A DNA stretch of 64,000 bases from Ylistrum balloti (taxonomy: Eukaryota): contig NW_026782168.1 in assembly GCF_031769215.1 (NCBI RefSeq), positions 124,001 through 188,000 on the forward strand, given 5' to 3'. The notes under the pieces are model-generated. The model made no database searches. It saw only the letters and a list, made by a program, of their open reading frames with translations, and was not told the DNA's origin. Positions 1 to 12,600 of the stretch are shown piece after piece. The position numbers and the translations under genes are program-made. The number at the start of each line of letters is the position of its first letter. Position 1 is the stretch's first letter.

Positions 1-411
1 TTTTTTTTTTTTTAAAGTGATGAAAAATTATTCAAACTGTAGCTTTACTTCCGATTTATGTTCAATAATCTCAAGCCACTACCTGGGATATAGTACAGTT
101 ACTTTCAATTTCACAACTGGTATATCCGGTGCAAGATTTCACCTACTTACAGCTATTGAATAAACTGCCCTGTTATGCTTCGATCGCTTACAACTCGTCA
201 CATTGTTGTAGGGGCGTATGTAAGTTCAAACCGCTGCCACCACGCCAATAATTAATGGGACGAACGTCTAACAGTTCGGTGAGATCAGACCGATCTTTAC
301 TCAACCAGAGTCTGTACAATAACAGAAAACATACAAGCATTCCACTAAGGGAAATAACTCATGATCAACATAGTAAACACCAGTGGCGCAGAATGACCAG
401 CTATAGCCTTT

Positions 412-645
412 CTATAGAAATACCTGTCTATAATAGTTACTTCTGTGTACCTCTCTATAGAAATACCTGTCTATAATAGTTACTTCTGTGTACCTCTCTA
501 TAGCAATACCTGTCTATAATAGTTACTTCTGTGTACCTCTCTATAGAAATACCTGTCTATAATAGTTACTTCTGTGTACCTCTCTATAGCAATACCTGTC
601 TATAATAGTTACTTCTGTGTACCTCTCTATGTAAATACCTGTCTA
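412..645. repeat. 43-bp minisatellite, about 5.4 copies
   Basis: Unit CTATAGAAATACCTGTCTATAATAGTTACTTCTGTGTACCTCT starts at 412, 455, 498, 541, 584 and 627. Confidence 0.95.
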
Positions 646-909
646 AAATGTTTTTTATTATATGAAAGTCTTAACTGCAGCATTTTAAAGGAAATATCTG
701 TCTATACAGGTCACTTCTTTTTCAGTTTATAACCAAATATATGTATACCTTTTATTCTTACCTGTATAAACCAAATATCTGAAAAAATACTACATGTAAC
801 TGTCATACATTACAGAGTTAATATCACAGGTGTGATAGATTATCTTATCACCTGTAATGAATTATCATTTGATGATGTAAATATACACATCTGTTTTGGG
901 TATTTTCAG

Positions 910-1864
910 TTTGGAAGGCTACAAGAATGAAGGAAGGCACACACTTGAACAGAAGAAGCCCAACTGGAATGATTCACATAAACCTGTTGAGAAGAGATAT
1001 AGGTCAGAGCGTTCTAGTAGTCAAACTAAAGAACATGGTCGTTATGACCAACATGCTGGTAGCCATTATAGAGATGACCGGAGTCGTTATAACCAAGATT
1101 TGGGTAGTAGTGGTAGCCAGAGTAGAGGTTTCCATAGTAACAGTTACCATGACAATGCCAGATATGACCCATCCAATGCTGATAGATATCACTATGGTGA
1201 ATACACATACGAGATTGAAGAAGGACGGAGAGACATGCCAAGTGAATATTCAAATTATCACAGCCACCATGGCAACTCCTGGGGGCACAATGATGGTGAT
1301 CACAATCTACATCTGAGTCATGGATACCACATTTACCATGATACATCCTGGGGTCAGGACTATAGAGGCAAAGGTGATGGCTATAGAGGTCAAGGTCAAC
1401 ATTATAGAGGTCAAAGTTATGACTCTAGAGGTCAAGGTCAGCGCTATGGAGGTAGATACAATAGAGACTATGGCACTAGAGATCATGATATGGGTTATGA
1501 AAGACAAAGACAGGACTACAGAGGTCAAGAATATGCAAGGTCACCCCGTGGAAACTGGCGCAATTCAAACAGTGGTCAACAATCTCACCACGGGTATAAC
1601 TCTTTCAGTTCAAGAGATCACAAAGGGTTGGACCTACATCAAAGTCGTAAAGCTTCAGACAGACCTCACAGTGGTAGGTATACAAGTAGATACAATGACC
1701 AATCAAGACATAGTCAAGATAATAACAGTCACCAAGAAAGAGAAACTGACAGACCCAATACTGCATTACAAGGCCATGGACATCAAGATACTACACAACA
1801 AATCCATGGACAGCAGGACTCACAATTTGACTCTTCCGATGCTACACTAGGGCATGGACATTGA
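910..1864 (+). CDS. Terminal coding exon of a gene starting upstream of the window; low-complexity His/Gly/Arg/Tyr/Asp/Ser/Gln-rich region (RG/YRG repeats), product unknown
   Basis: Open frame 896-1864; the TTG start in the ORF track is probably spurious. Acceptor-like TATTTTCAG ends at 909. About 318 codons of protein-like low-complexity sequence with no Cys. TGA at 1862-1864; AATAAA at 2762. No family recognised. Confidence 0.65.
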
Positions 1865-2573
1865 GATACTACACAACAAAACCAAGGACAACAGGACACA
1901 CAATTTGACTCTTCCGATGCTACACTAGGGCATGGACATTGAGATACTACACAACAAAACCAAGGACAACAGGACACACAGTTTGACTCTTCCAATGCTA
2001 CACTAGGGCATGGACATTGAGATACTACACAACAAAACTATGGACAACAAGACACACAATTTGACTTCCGATGCTACACTAGGGCATGGACATTGAGATA
2101 CTACACAACAAAACCAAGGACAACAGGACACACAATTTGACTCTTCCGATGCTACACTAGGGCATGGACATTGAGATACTACACAACAAAACCAAGGACA
2201 ACAGGACACACAATTTGACTCTTCCGATGCTACACTAGGGCATGGACAAGATACTACACAACAAAACCAAGGACAACAGGACACACAATTTGACTCTTCC
2301 GATGCTACACTAGGGCATGGACATTGAGATACTACACAACAAAACCAAGGACAACAGGACACACAATTTGACTCTTCCGATGCTACACTAGGGCATGGAC
2401 ATTGAAATACTACACAACAAAACCAAGGACAACAGGACACACAATTTGACTCTTCCGATGCTACACTAGGGCATGGACATTGAGATACTACACAACAAAA
2501 CTATGGACAACAAGACACACAGTTTGACTCTTCTGATGCTACACAAGGGCACAGAGATGCCAGTTGGTCATGA
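1823..2573 (+). repeat. 78-bp (26-codon) tandem repeat, about 10 copies, spanning the stop codon of the + strand ORF
   Basis: Unit starts at 1823, 1901, 1979, 2057, 2133, 2211, 2286, 2364, 2442 and 2520. The unit reads QFDSSDATLGHGH*DTTQQNQGQQDT. One unit has a 2-bp deletion and one a 3-bp deletion. Confidence 0.97.
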
Positions 2574-4342
2574 CAGTTGATTGTGCTGATGGATATCAAA
2601 CCATTTAATGATTTCCACTAGTTTTTACCTTGTCAGATAACTAGCTTAAAGGAAATCATGATTATGCCTTAGATTTTTAATTGAAAGACTTTTATTCAAA
2701 ACGTCTCTGTAGACTTTTACCACACCCAGTGTAATTTGGCCCATTGGCAAAGCTTGGTTAGAATAAAATGAATTCATATCACGACAATATTTTCATGTAG
2801 AGGTTTGACTTCATATCTTATTTAAAATGAATCTCTGATCAAATAGTAGTTCATTTTCTATAAAGATAAATAGGTTGTATGTGGTAGAAGGGGAAAATAA
2901 AATTAGTTTGATACCATTAGGAATACTTGGACCCTAGTAGACAAAGAGGATAGGAAATTGCCCAGAATGATGAGTTAAAAATTTGAATGGATTTTATCTT
3001 TTCTGGGGAATGGTCATAGGTAGGGAGGTGACTGTGTAGGACCATAGCAGTAGAAATTCAGGTCCATAGTTCTCTTATTCTACATCCTGTTGCAGCTTTA
3101 GGTATAAATGGTAGACATAGTGTTACTGGGTGCAAAATGCTGGATATAAAATGACAGCACTTAGCATCAGTATCAGTAAGGTAAGAAATTGTATCTAATT
3201 TGGGTTAAAGTATATGGTGCTTTCCTTGCTTAATTATGTCTCCCCTTGGAATGATGGGATGAAGACATATTGTTTTCTATTGTTTTAGTACTACTTCTTC
3301 TGGTTCTTTTTCTCATTATTTTGGCAATAACTTTCAACGTGCTGAAAATATCTTACTGAAAGTTGGTGTACACCTTTATTACCTAAAGCTGCTGTGTTAA
3401 TGACCAGAATATTTATTCAAGGCATGACCCAGTTTGGAACACTGATGAACTCCAGCCAAAGTATTACATGTATAGTCCTTTTTAAGAATTTCAGTAGCAG
3501 TAAATGTTCTATAGATACATGATCATTGAGAGAGGATAAGTCAAAACACTTGTTCATCAAATATGTAAAAATGTGAATTAATATTTGATATCCTGCTTGC
3601 TTTTTTTTCTTATATCACTAAACCATTCTGACAAAGAACCATACTGTAATTATATATGCAAGAAGTACTGTATTTAGTACATATATTTATCTACACCAAA
3701 AGCACCAAAACTTCCCAACATTATTAACAGTAGCACAATGTAAAATGAAAATTCAAGATTTAGAATATTAACTTTTTTTTTCATGCACACCCATCCTACC
3801 ACATAAGCTACTAGGAGATATACAAATTTGCTTGAAAAGGGGGACGTATATTTCTGTTCACTAAACAAATCTCTAGTTAATTATTGAGATCTATACTATC
3901 TGTGTTCATTGGATCAGCTTCATTCAATAATGAAGAATATTGTGATAAATTATATTTACAGTTTAAAGTGAATGATGGATAAATAAAATCCTAAATTATT
4001 CTTTTTATGTTTTGTTTTTTTCTTGCATATTTTGCCACTAGGTATGTCTAGAGTGAGGAAAATTTTGTATGTCTTTTTATAGATATATGACCAATGAAAT
4101 ATTAGCAACAGTAGGGCTGTTACTTCATTGGTCATATATCTATTCCAGTAATGCGCTTCCAACAAACGTTTGTTTGTTAGGATCCAGTACCAATATTGGA
4201 CCATACTGTCGATATTACTTACTAGATTCTATCTTTATATATATATACATCTTAATATAGAAATATATCAATGTCAGTATGACAGAATAACAAATGAAGA
4301 ATTAGAGTATACAAAACCAATGTTCTGGAGAATCTGATTAGT

Positions 4343-5013
4343 ATTTTTAGCTTACTTGGCCGGAAGGATCGCGTGAACTTATGCCATACTGCACTGTTCG
4401 CAGCATCAACAATTTCTTCAAACAAGTACGCTTAATCATTGATGGAAATTGAATTTAGTGTGACCGGAATCATACTTAAGTGGAAGGTATTAAAATTTTA
4501 ACAACTTGCTGGGATGACCACAACCCCAGAAGCTGAGGGGCGAGGCTAAAAGGGGGGAATTTGGCAATATTGTTATAGACAACTTCATTTTGTAGAACTA
4601 TGGACTGGGTATCACTCATATTTGCTTTGAAGCATTCAGGGTAGATTAAAAATTGTACAAATATGGGGGATGATTTTCATGGGACCTGAGGGGCAGGCCA
4701 TAAAACATGATATAAATAAATTCTTTCAAATTTTTCTTCTGTAGCAATGACAGCATTTTGTCTAGAGGTCGTCTGAAGCATCCTAGGGTGGAAGACACTC
4801 AATTTTGTCTCGTCCCTCAGGTACCTGAGGGGCAGAGCCCAATTCGGGACTTAATTTTATGTGTTTATGCATTTTTGACCCAATTAAGTTTGAATATTTA
4901 AAATTCCTCATCATTTAGGAAAAATATATTGATATATTTTTGAATAAAACTGCTTTGAAGTGATAACTAAAAAAAAACAGGTAAGAGATGCAGGCCTGTA
5001 GGACCCCTTGTTT
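4343..5013 (-). mobile_element. HINE/pearl-like non-autonomous (Helentron-associated) interspersed element
   Basis: Ends TTTTTAGCTTACTTGGCC and CAGGCCTGTAGGACCCCTTGTTT resemble the termini of bivalve HINE-type elements. Internal degenerate core units (TGAAGCATCC..GGGTG, GAGGGGCAG) are shared with 9405-10035. Family assignment is from recall. Confidence 0.55.
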
Positions 5014-6602
5014 AAATTTTTTTATCTACACTGTGAATATATACTGTTCACAGCCAGCACTTGAACTGGCGGTGCACATACTGTAGCTACTCAGAGGTGA
5101 ATTATAAGTAAATCTCGATGTACAAAACACGTGAGAAAGATTGAACAGGAGGCACGCAAGTGATAAACACCCTTTAATAAAATTCAAAATTAGATACAGC
5201 AGAGCTAGATAATGAATTAAACTACATCATACACGTTTCGTCCCTTTAGAGATGAGGACTTTCGCTACCCCAAAACTTCAATAAATTACACAATTGTTGA
5301 TATGCCTTAACTTCAAAAAAATATTTGTGTATTCTGAAAATGCCACTGTTCGAATTAAGTAAAACGTGGACAATAGGTTTACTTTAACGTGACGATATCA
5401 GACGCAGAATATTCCTGTAGCACTAGATGTGTTTGTGTCATTCTTGTTTGTTCTCACAAAAGCAGTGTTTGTAGAATGGCGGGTGTGAAGCAGATTTATC
5501 ATGACAGGTAAATGTGCGATCAACATAGTTTCTGAAATCCTCAACCGGCCATTTTCATCCGCAAAATTTTGGATAGGTTGGGAACATCTTCATTTCCTTA
5601 CAAAATAGGAACGCTTGCTCCTTTTAAATTTGAAACGTAATTGTACTATGTTGTAATACATAGAAATATCTAATAATGCCGAAAAGATCGTCCAACATAT
5701 GGGAATTGAGATCGTGTTTTTTCCACACCAAGTTGAACTTAACGAAGAGCTATTTTATCGCCACAGAAAACACAACCTTAGTAATTTCATCTTTTGATAT
5801 ACTTTGTATGTCAAGAAAGCATTGTCTTTAAACACCGGATGTACCCTCTAGATAAGAACTTGCAATAAAAAGATACAAACTTCTCCAGACCAGCTTGATC
5901 TATTTTTACTTGCACAAAACAACCAAAAGATGCAATAATCTTAATCCAGGGAGATGTCCATCAGCATCACATCTGTCCTATTCCTCATTTACAGTACATT
6001 GGTCAGTGTTGTCCAGAAATCGATGTGTATCCTTATTTACTCAAAATTAACTATATTGGACGATCGAGATAGTGAAACGTGTTTTATTACAATTGAAATG
6101 TTTGCACTACTTAAGATTCAATACCACACAAATGTGTTGTTTTTGTTAAGGAAACCCTTTCTACATTGTTTTTATCCTTGTAAACACGTTTTGATAAATT
6201 GTTAAATGTCGAGTCATTATTTCGTCAGATAATTAATTGGAATTTACACACACAAGCACACAAAAATAGAAATTTCTTTATGCAGTAAAACCACATATTC
6301 GTTCTGGTTGCTGTCCTACACGCATGTGATTTTTCGTGGCCAATAGAGAACCTCATAATTAAGTTTCTACTTTTGCTTGAAAACTCGTACTAAATGGAAT
6401 GTGTGGGACACTAAATAAACGTTATACTGCTTAAAGTTATGTGCACGATATCCCTCAATGAATGTTTATTAGAAAAAAAATACAGAAGCCACGGATATGG
6501 CGCCGTGTTGGCGGAAAGTAAATATCCCGTTTTTAAAACGATCTGCCAACACAGGTATATATTGTTCTTTTAAAATTATTATCATTTATCAAGTCGTCCA
6601 CG

Positions 6603-9600
6603 TCATTTGCTGAAATGATCGTCATTTGATGGGCGATAACGACGCCATTTTAGTTTCTGTAGTTTGATTTGGTCTCTTAGGGATCTCGCCAAACACATTA
6701 TGAATATCTGAAAAAAGTAACATCATGATTAATTACTGCATATAACTCTTTTTCTGCTAAGGTGATTTACTCAATCATGATATGAAACTTTCAACACGAT
6801 ACTTCTACACTATTCAGGTCTTAGAAGTCTTAGTCCTCCTGATTGCACCGGCGAATCTCTCTAACATTGTTGGAGTACTTCGACACAAAGTTAATATTTA
6901 CACAATGTTCAAACGTCTGGTAATCATATTGATTATTTTCAGTGGATAGTGAAAAATTAAAGTTTCCAATTAAAATACAGGACGTTAAAAATTACACTAA
7001 TATTATTCTGACCTGTCTGAACAAGTTCAGAGTTCTAAAATGACTTAGAATGTTACCAATTTCTCTTCACTGTTTTAAAACAAATTCATTAATCACTTGT
7101 AAATTCTAACAGAGCTTTGATCAACTTGTGCCTAACGGTGTATTTACCTGCGGGATGAGAATTCCCAGTATAATACCGCCGAGGACGAGGGCGTTGTCGT
7201 TAATCCATTCTCCTAGAGCCCGGAGACAACCAACCTTATAAATCCCTAAAGTTTTGTCCGTTTCCACGAGAGTAAGACTGCCTCCCTTGATATTAGAAAT
7301 TTGTTTTTCAACACCATGTAAGGAGCAACAAAAACAATAAAGGCAATGGAATGATTTTATGAAGCGTTTTTATAATATCCTAGTAACTTTATCTCGATCA
7401 GAAGTAGTGTATATCACATGTATATATACGCTAGTTGTAACATGATCAGGATGCCTTACCGCTTCTGTTGGTTTCATCACTCCACGACCACAGAGGATGT
7501 TAATGTACTCCCCCTAAAACAAAATCATATGTTAATGTACTCCAAAAAATCTAGAGCATGTTTACAATCGGATGATATCAATGTACCCTCCCACCCCCTC
7601 CCCTAAAAAATAAAATTAAAAAGACAGATAGAATAAATAAAATCATATGATGTCAGTGTTCTCCCCTAAAACAAAATCATATCATGTCATTGTTCTCCCT
7701 TAAAACAAAACCATATGATATAAGTGTTCTCCCCCAAAATAAAATCATATGATGTCTGTGTTCACCCCTAAAACAAAATTATATGATATCAGTGTTCTCC
7801 CCTAAAACAAAATCATATCATGTCATTGTTCTCCCTTAAAACAAAACCATATGATATAAGTGTTCTCCCCGAAAATAAAATCATATGATGTCAGTGTTCT
7901 CCCCTAAAACAAAATCATATCATGTCATTGTTCTCCCTTAAAACAAAACCATATGATATAAGTGTTCTCCCCGAAAATAAAATCATATGATGTCAGTGTT
8001 CTCCCCTAAAACAAAATCATATCATGTCATTGTTCTCCCTTAAAACAAAACCATATGATATAAGTGTTCTCCCCGAAAATAAAATCATATGATGTCTGTG
8101 TTTACCCCTAAAACAAAATTATATGATATCAGTGTTCTCCCCTAAAACAAAATCATATTATGTCAGTGTTCTCCCCTAAAACAAAATCATATTATGTCAG
8201 TGTTCTCCCCTAAAACAAAATCATATTATGTCAGTGTTCTCCCCTAAAATAAAACCATATGATGTCAGTGTTCTCCCCTAAAATAAAATCATATGATATC
8301 AGTGTTCTTCTTCTAAAACAAAATCATATGATGTCTGTGTTCACCCCTAAAACAAAATCATATGATGTCTGTGTTCTCCCCTAAAACAAAATCATATGAT
8401 GTCAGTGTTCTCCCCTAAAACAAAATCATATGATGTCAGTGTTCTCCCCTATTACAAAATCATATCATGTCAGTGTTCTCCCCTATAACAAAATCATATG
8501 ATGTCAGTGTTCTCCCCTAAAACAAAATCATATGATGTCTGTGTTCTCCCCTAAAACAAAATCATATCATGTCAGTGTTCTCCCCTAAAACAAAATCATA
8601 TGATGTCTGTGTTCTCCCCTAAAACAAAATCATATCATGTCAGTGTTCTCCCCTAAAACAAAATCATATCATGTCAGTGTTCTCCCCTAAAACAAAATCA
8701 TATGATGTCAGTGTTCTCCCCTAAAACAAAATCATATCATGTCAGTGTTCTCCCCTAAAACAAAATCATATGATGTCTGTGTTCTCCCCTAAAACAAAAT
8801 CATATGATGTCAGTGTTCTCCCCTAAAACAAAATCATATCATGTCAGTGTTCTCCCCTAAAACAAAATCATATCATGTCAGTGTTCTCCCCTAAAACAAA
8901 ATCATATCATGTCAGTGTTCTCCCCTAAAACAAAATCATATCATGTCAGTGTTCTCCCCTAAAACAAAATCATATCATGTCAGTGTTCTCCCCTAAAACA
9001 AAATCATATCATGTCAGTGTTCTCCCCTAAAACAAAATCATATCATGTCAGTGTTCTCCCCTAAAACAAAATCATATGATGTCAGTGTTCTCCCCCCTAA
9101 AACAAAATTATATGATATCAGTGTCCTCGCCCTAAAACAAAATCATATGATATCAGTTTTCTCCCCTAAAACAAAATGATACGGTGTACGTGTATTGATA
9201 TAAAGTCTCGGGCGTGTTTACAATCGTGTGATGGTCACGCCCCCTCCACTTTAAATACAACACTATGTTCTCCCCTAAAACACACAAGCTCAGATGTTAT
9301 ATCATTGCGCCTTTGTGATTTTAACTAGACGACTGGATAGATATATCTCCACTATCAGCATTCTGATGTAGTCTACAACACATTCTTACATCACATGTAA
9401 ACAAATGAAATTATGGCATACCGCGACTTCCCTCGTCCGTCCGTCAAATTTTGCAACAAGTTGGTACTGTTCATGAACAACTTAATAGATTTTGCCCAAA
9501 TTTGATCTGAAGCGTCATTGTGTAAACGGAAATATGTTTTGTATGAACTTTGGATGAAAGGGCTAAATGATGCATAAACAATGATTCTCAGGGACGGGAG

Positions 9601-12600
9601 AGGCGAGCCCCGATTTGGGAAATAGGGCATATTCTTTAGAATCATTCTTCTTCTGTTGGAATGGAAATTTGGTCTGAGGCATGCCTTTGTGAAGGTGATC
9701 GATGTTGTATCAAGAGTAGGTTTCGCCCCCACCACCCAACCCCGCCATCGGGCGCCAGATGGGCAAGATCCAATCCAATAGTGGAAGTACGGAAAATTTG
9801 TTGATAGTCTTTATCTGTAGGAATGGTTTAATTTTGTCCGAATTTGGTCTGAAGCATCCTGTGGTGAAAATGATTTAGTTTTGATTAAACAGTGCATCTA
9901 GCCTTCTTGTGCAAAGGGGCAGGGCTTAAAAGTGGAAAAATAGCAAGTGTCTTAAATGTTTTATACTTTAGTGAAATCAATCCATTTCAATAAACTAAAC
10001 CGGGTGAGCGATGCAGACCCTATGGGCATCTTGTTGCAAGATGCAATTAAAACGTGGCTGAATACAGTCTTACCGGTTTTAATTTGCAACAGGACGGCGG
10101 TACAGAGCACTTCTCTGGACTTAAGCCTGACACAGTACAGTTGAAATACTCGTTGTTATTCCAGTCTTTATAGCCGTCCTCGTTGTCACTTAGACCACAA
10201 CAATGTAGCTGTAACAGACCATAACAATGTAGATATAACATACCATAACAATGTAGCTGAAAAAGACCACAACAATATTTCTCTAACAGATAACAACAAT
10301 GTATCTGTAACAAACCACAACAATGTATCTGTAACAGACCACAACAATGTATCTGTAACAGACCACAACCATGTATCTGTAACAGACCACAACCATGTAT
10401 CTGTAACAGACCACAACCATGTATCTGTAACAGACCACAACCATGTATCTGTAACAGACCACAACCATGTATCTGTAACAGACCACAACCATGTATCTGT
10501 AACAGACCACAACCATGTATCTGTAACAGATCACAACCATGTATCTGTAACAGACCACAACCATGTATCTGTAACAGACCACAACCATGTATCTGTAACA
10601 GATCACAACCATGTATCTGTAACAGACCACAACCATGTATCTGTAACAGACCACAACCATGTATCTGTAACAGACCACAACCATGTATCTGTAACAGACC
10701 ACACAACCATGTATCTGTAACAGACCACAACCATGTATCTGTAACAGACCACAACCATGTATCTGTAACAGACCACAACCATGTATCTGTAACAGACCAC
10801 AACCATGAATCTGTAACAGACCACAACCATGTATCTGTAACAGACCACAACCATGTATCTGTAACAGACCACAACCATGTATCTGTAACAGACCACAACC
10901 ATGTATCTGTAACAGACCATGGTGAACTATCATCGTTTGCTACCTATGGCGATATCACCGATATATGTTTTGGGGTATTACCGTTTTCTGAATGTTGTCT
11001 ATAAGGTTCACCATATCCTCGTCATCCACGATGCCATACTTCTGGATAGCGTTCCTCATACTGTCCCCGGGAAACAGTCCAAGCTGTTCACGGGCATCCG
11101 GGACAAAGTAGAACACGAAAACGAAGATGACAAGCGCTAACTCCCCAAAAAACATGATGGACAGAATAATGTTATACTGAAAATAAATATGTTAGAATAT
11201 GATAAGTTTTCATTTTGACAGGGTTAATTAAAAAATGTAGAAATATAGCATCGCTAGTATGTAACAATACCGTTCCAATTTCCTACTCGAGTTTCTAGAA
11301 AACATGCGGCGTCATTACCCTAGAAATCACGATAGGGGAAATGTGCACTGCTCGTATTCCACAGATCATAACAATCGGAGAATACATTCATTGTTTTCAA
11401 AATAAAAGAAGAGAAAGCTAGTACCAGTTTATCAAAACCAAAATTTTCTAAAGACAAAAATGCGTTAAAAATGATAAAAGCCAATTCCCCGAAGAACGTG
11501 ACGATCAGAAAACAGTTACAATAAAAATGTCAAGTATCACTGAAATAGGATTCACGTGACGTTGTAGGGAAAGTGGACGATTTCTTTCGGTTTGTCGTTA
11601 TGCTTATTTCTGTACCTCATTTTACGTAAGTATGGAAATCAACTATCGTTTTTATAAGTATTATAAATGGAATTAAAATTTCTTACTGTTTTAAGAAAAC
11701 ACATATTCTCCCTGAGTGCACCCATACAGCCGAAGAACGAAATGAAGACGACGATCGAGCCAGCTGTCACCATGATTGTTGCTGGATCCAGGAAGAAGTC
11801 GAACGCATCCTTGACCACTTTTTGTTTAACCCACAACACGTAAGCACCTAGTCCTGTAATGGCCAGTCCGCCAATCTGACAATATACGTCATATGTCCCC
11901 AGCATTATATGATATTGTAGACACTATTTTTCAGCAGAAATTGTTTTAAAGTCAGATTGTACACAAAACTCGCTATTTGTTTTTCAGCTACATATTTATT
12001 TTTCCTGTCAAAAGTTGTGGGACCATTACCCTTCGTTTCATTAAGCTCTTAATATCAGTTGTGAGACATTTTTTCACTGAAAGTCGAAACATTACGTGAC
12101 GTAGAGTTACGCTTATAATGTTAAGTCTACGTCTGCTCTTGAACACACGTAAAATTAAACGTAAGTGAAACAAAACAAAATGGCATTTGTTTTCATGCAA
12201 AACTGCTGAAACAATTGATTTTCTGTGACAGATCACAAGCGTTGGATATTTTAAGTATGGTATTAAGCTTCACATCGGACATCTGTCTAATACATGGCAT
12301 AGGGATTAGAAGAAACTCGTGTCATCGGGGACGTCAAGATGGTCGATGCACACCTTCTATAAGCCTAAAAGTTGTGAATTGTTTCTTGTTGTACATCTTA
12401 ATTGAGTTCTCACAAAACACATGTTTCCGTTATCTCATCATTCTTTGGCATTTGTTAGAGAGGCAAACCCAGCAATGTTTCGTAAATAGTGTATATTCAA
12501 TCAAATTCTCGCATTGTCTGTTTAAAAACATGCGACGTGTTTGTATTGCATTTGGTGGTTTTCCTAGGGATATTTTTTAGAGCAGTGTTGAGTACATTTT

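Noticed and set aside
60-250. Possible degenerate SINE head on the minus strand (also near 15035-15130 on +)
   Set aside because: Too decayed; the B-box is not intact and cannot be supported without a search.
1783-2440. Cys-rich minus-strand ORFs (SCCPWFCCVVSQCPC)
   Set aside because: Antisense reading of the 78-bp repeat. The + frame is continuous with the upstream ORF and explains the unit.
2565-2620. Possible SECIS just after the TGA-repeat array
   Set aside because: ATGA/CTGA, AAA and TGA motifs are present, but helix length and pairing do not fit by eye. SECISearch3 would be needed.
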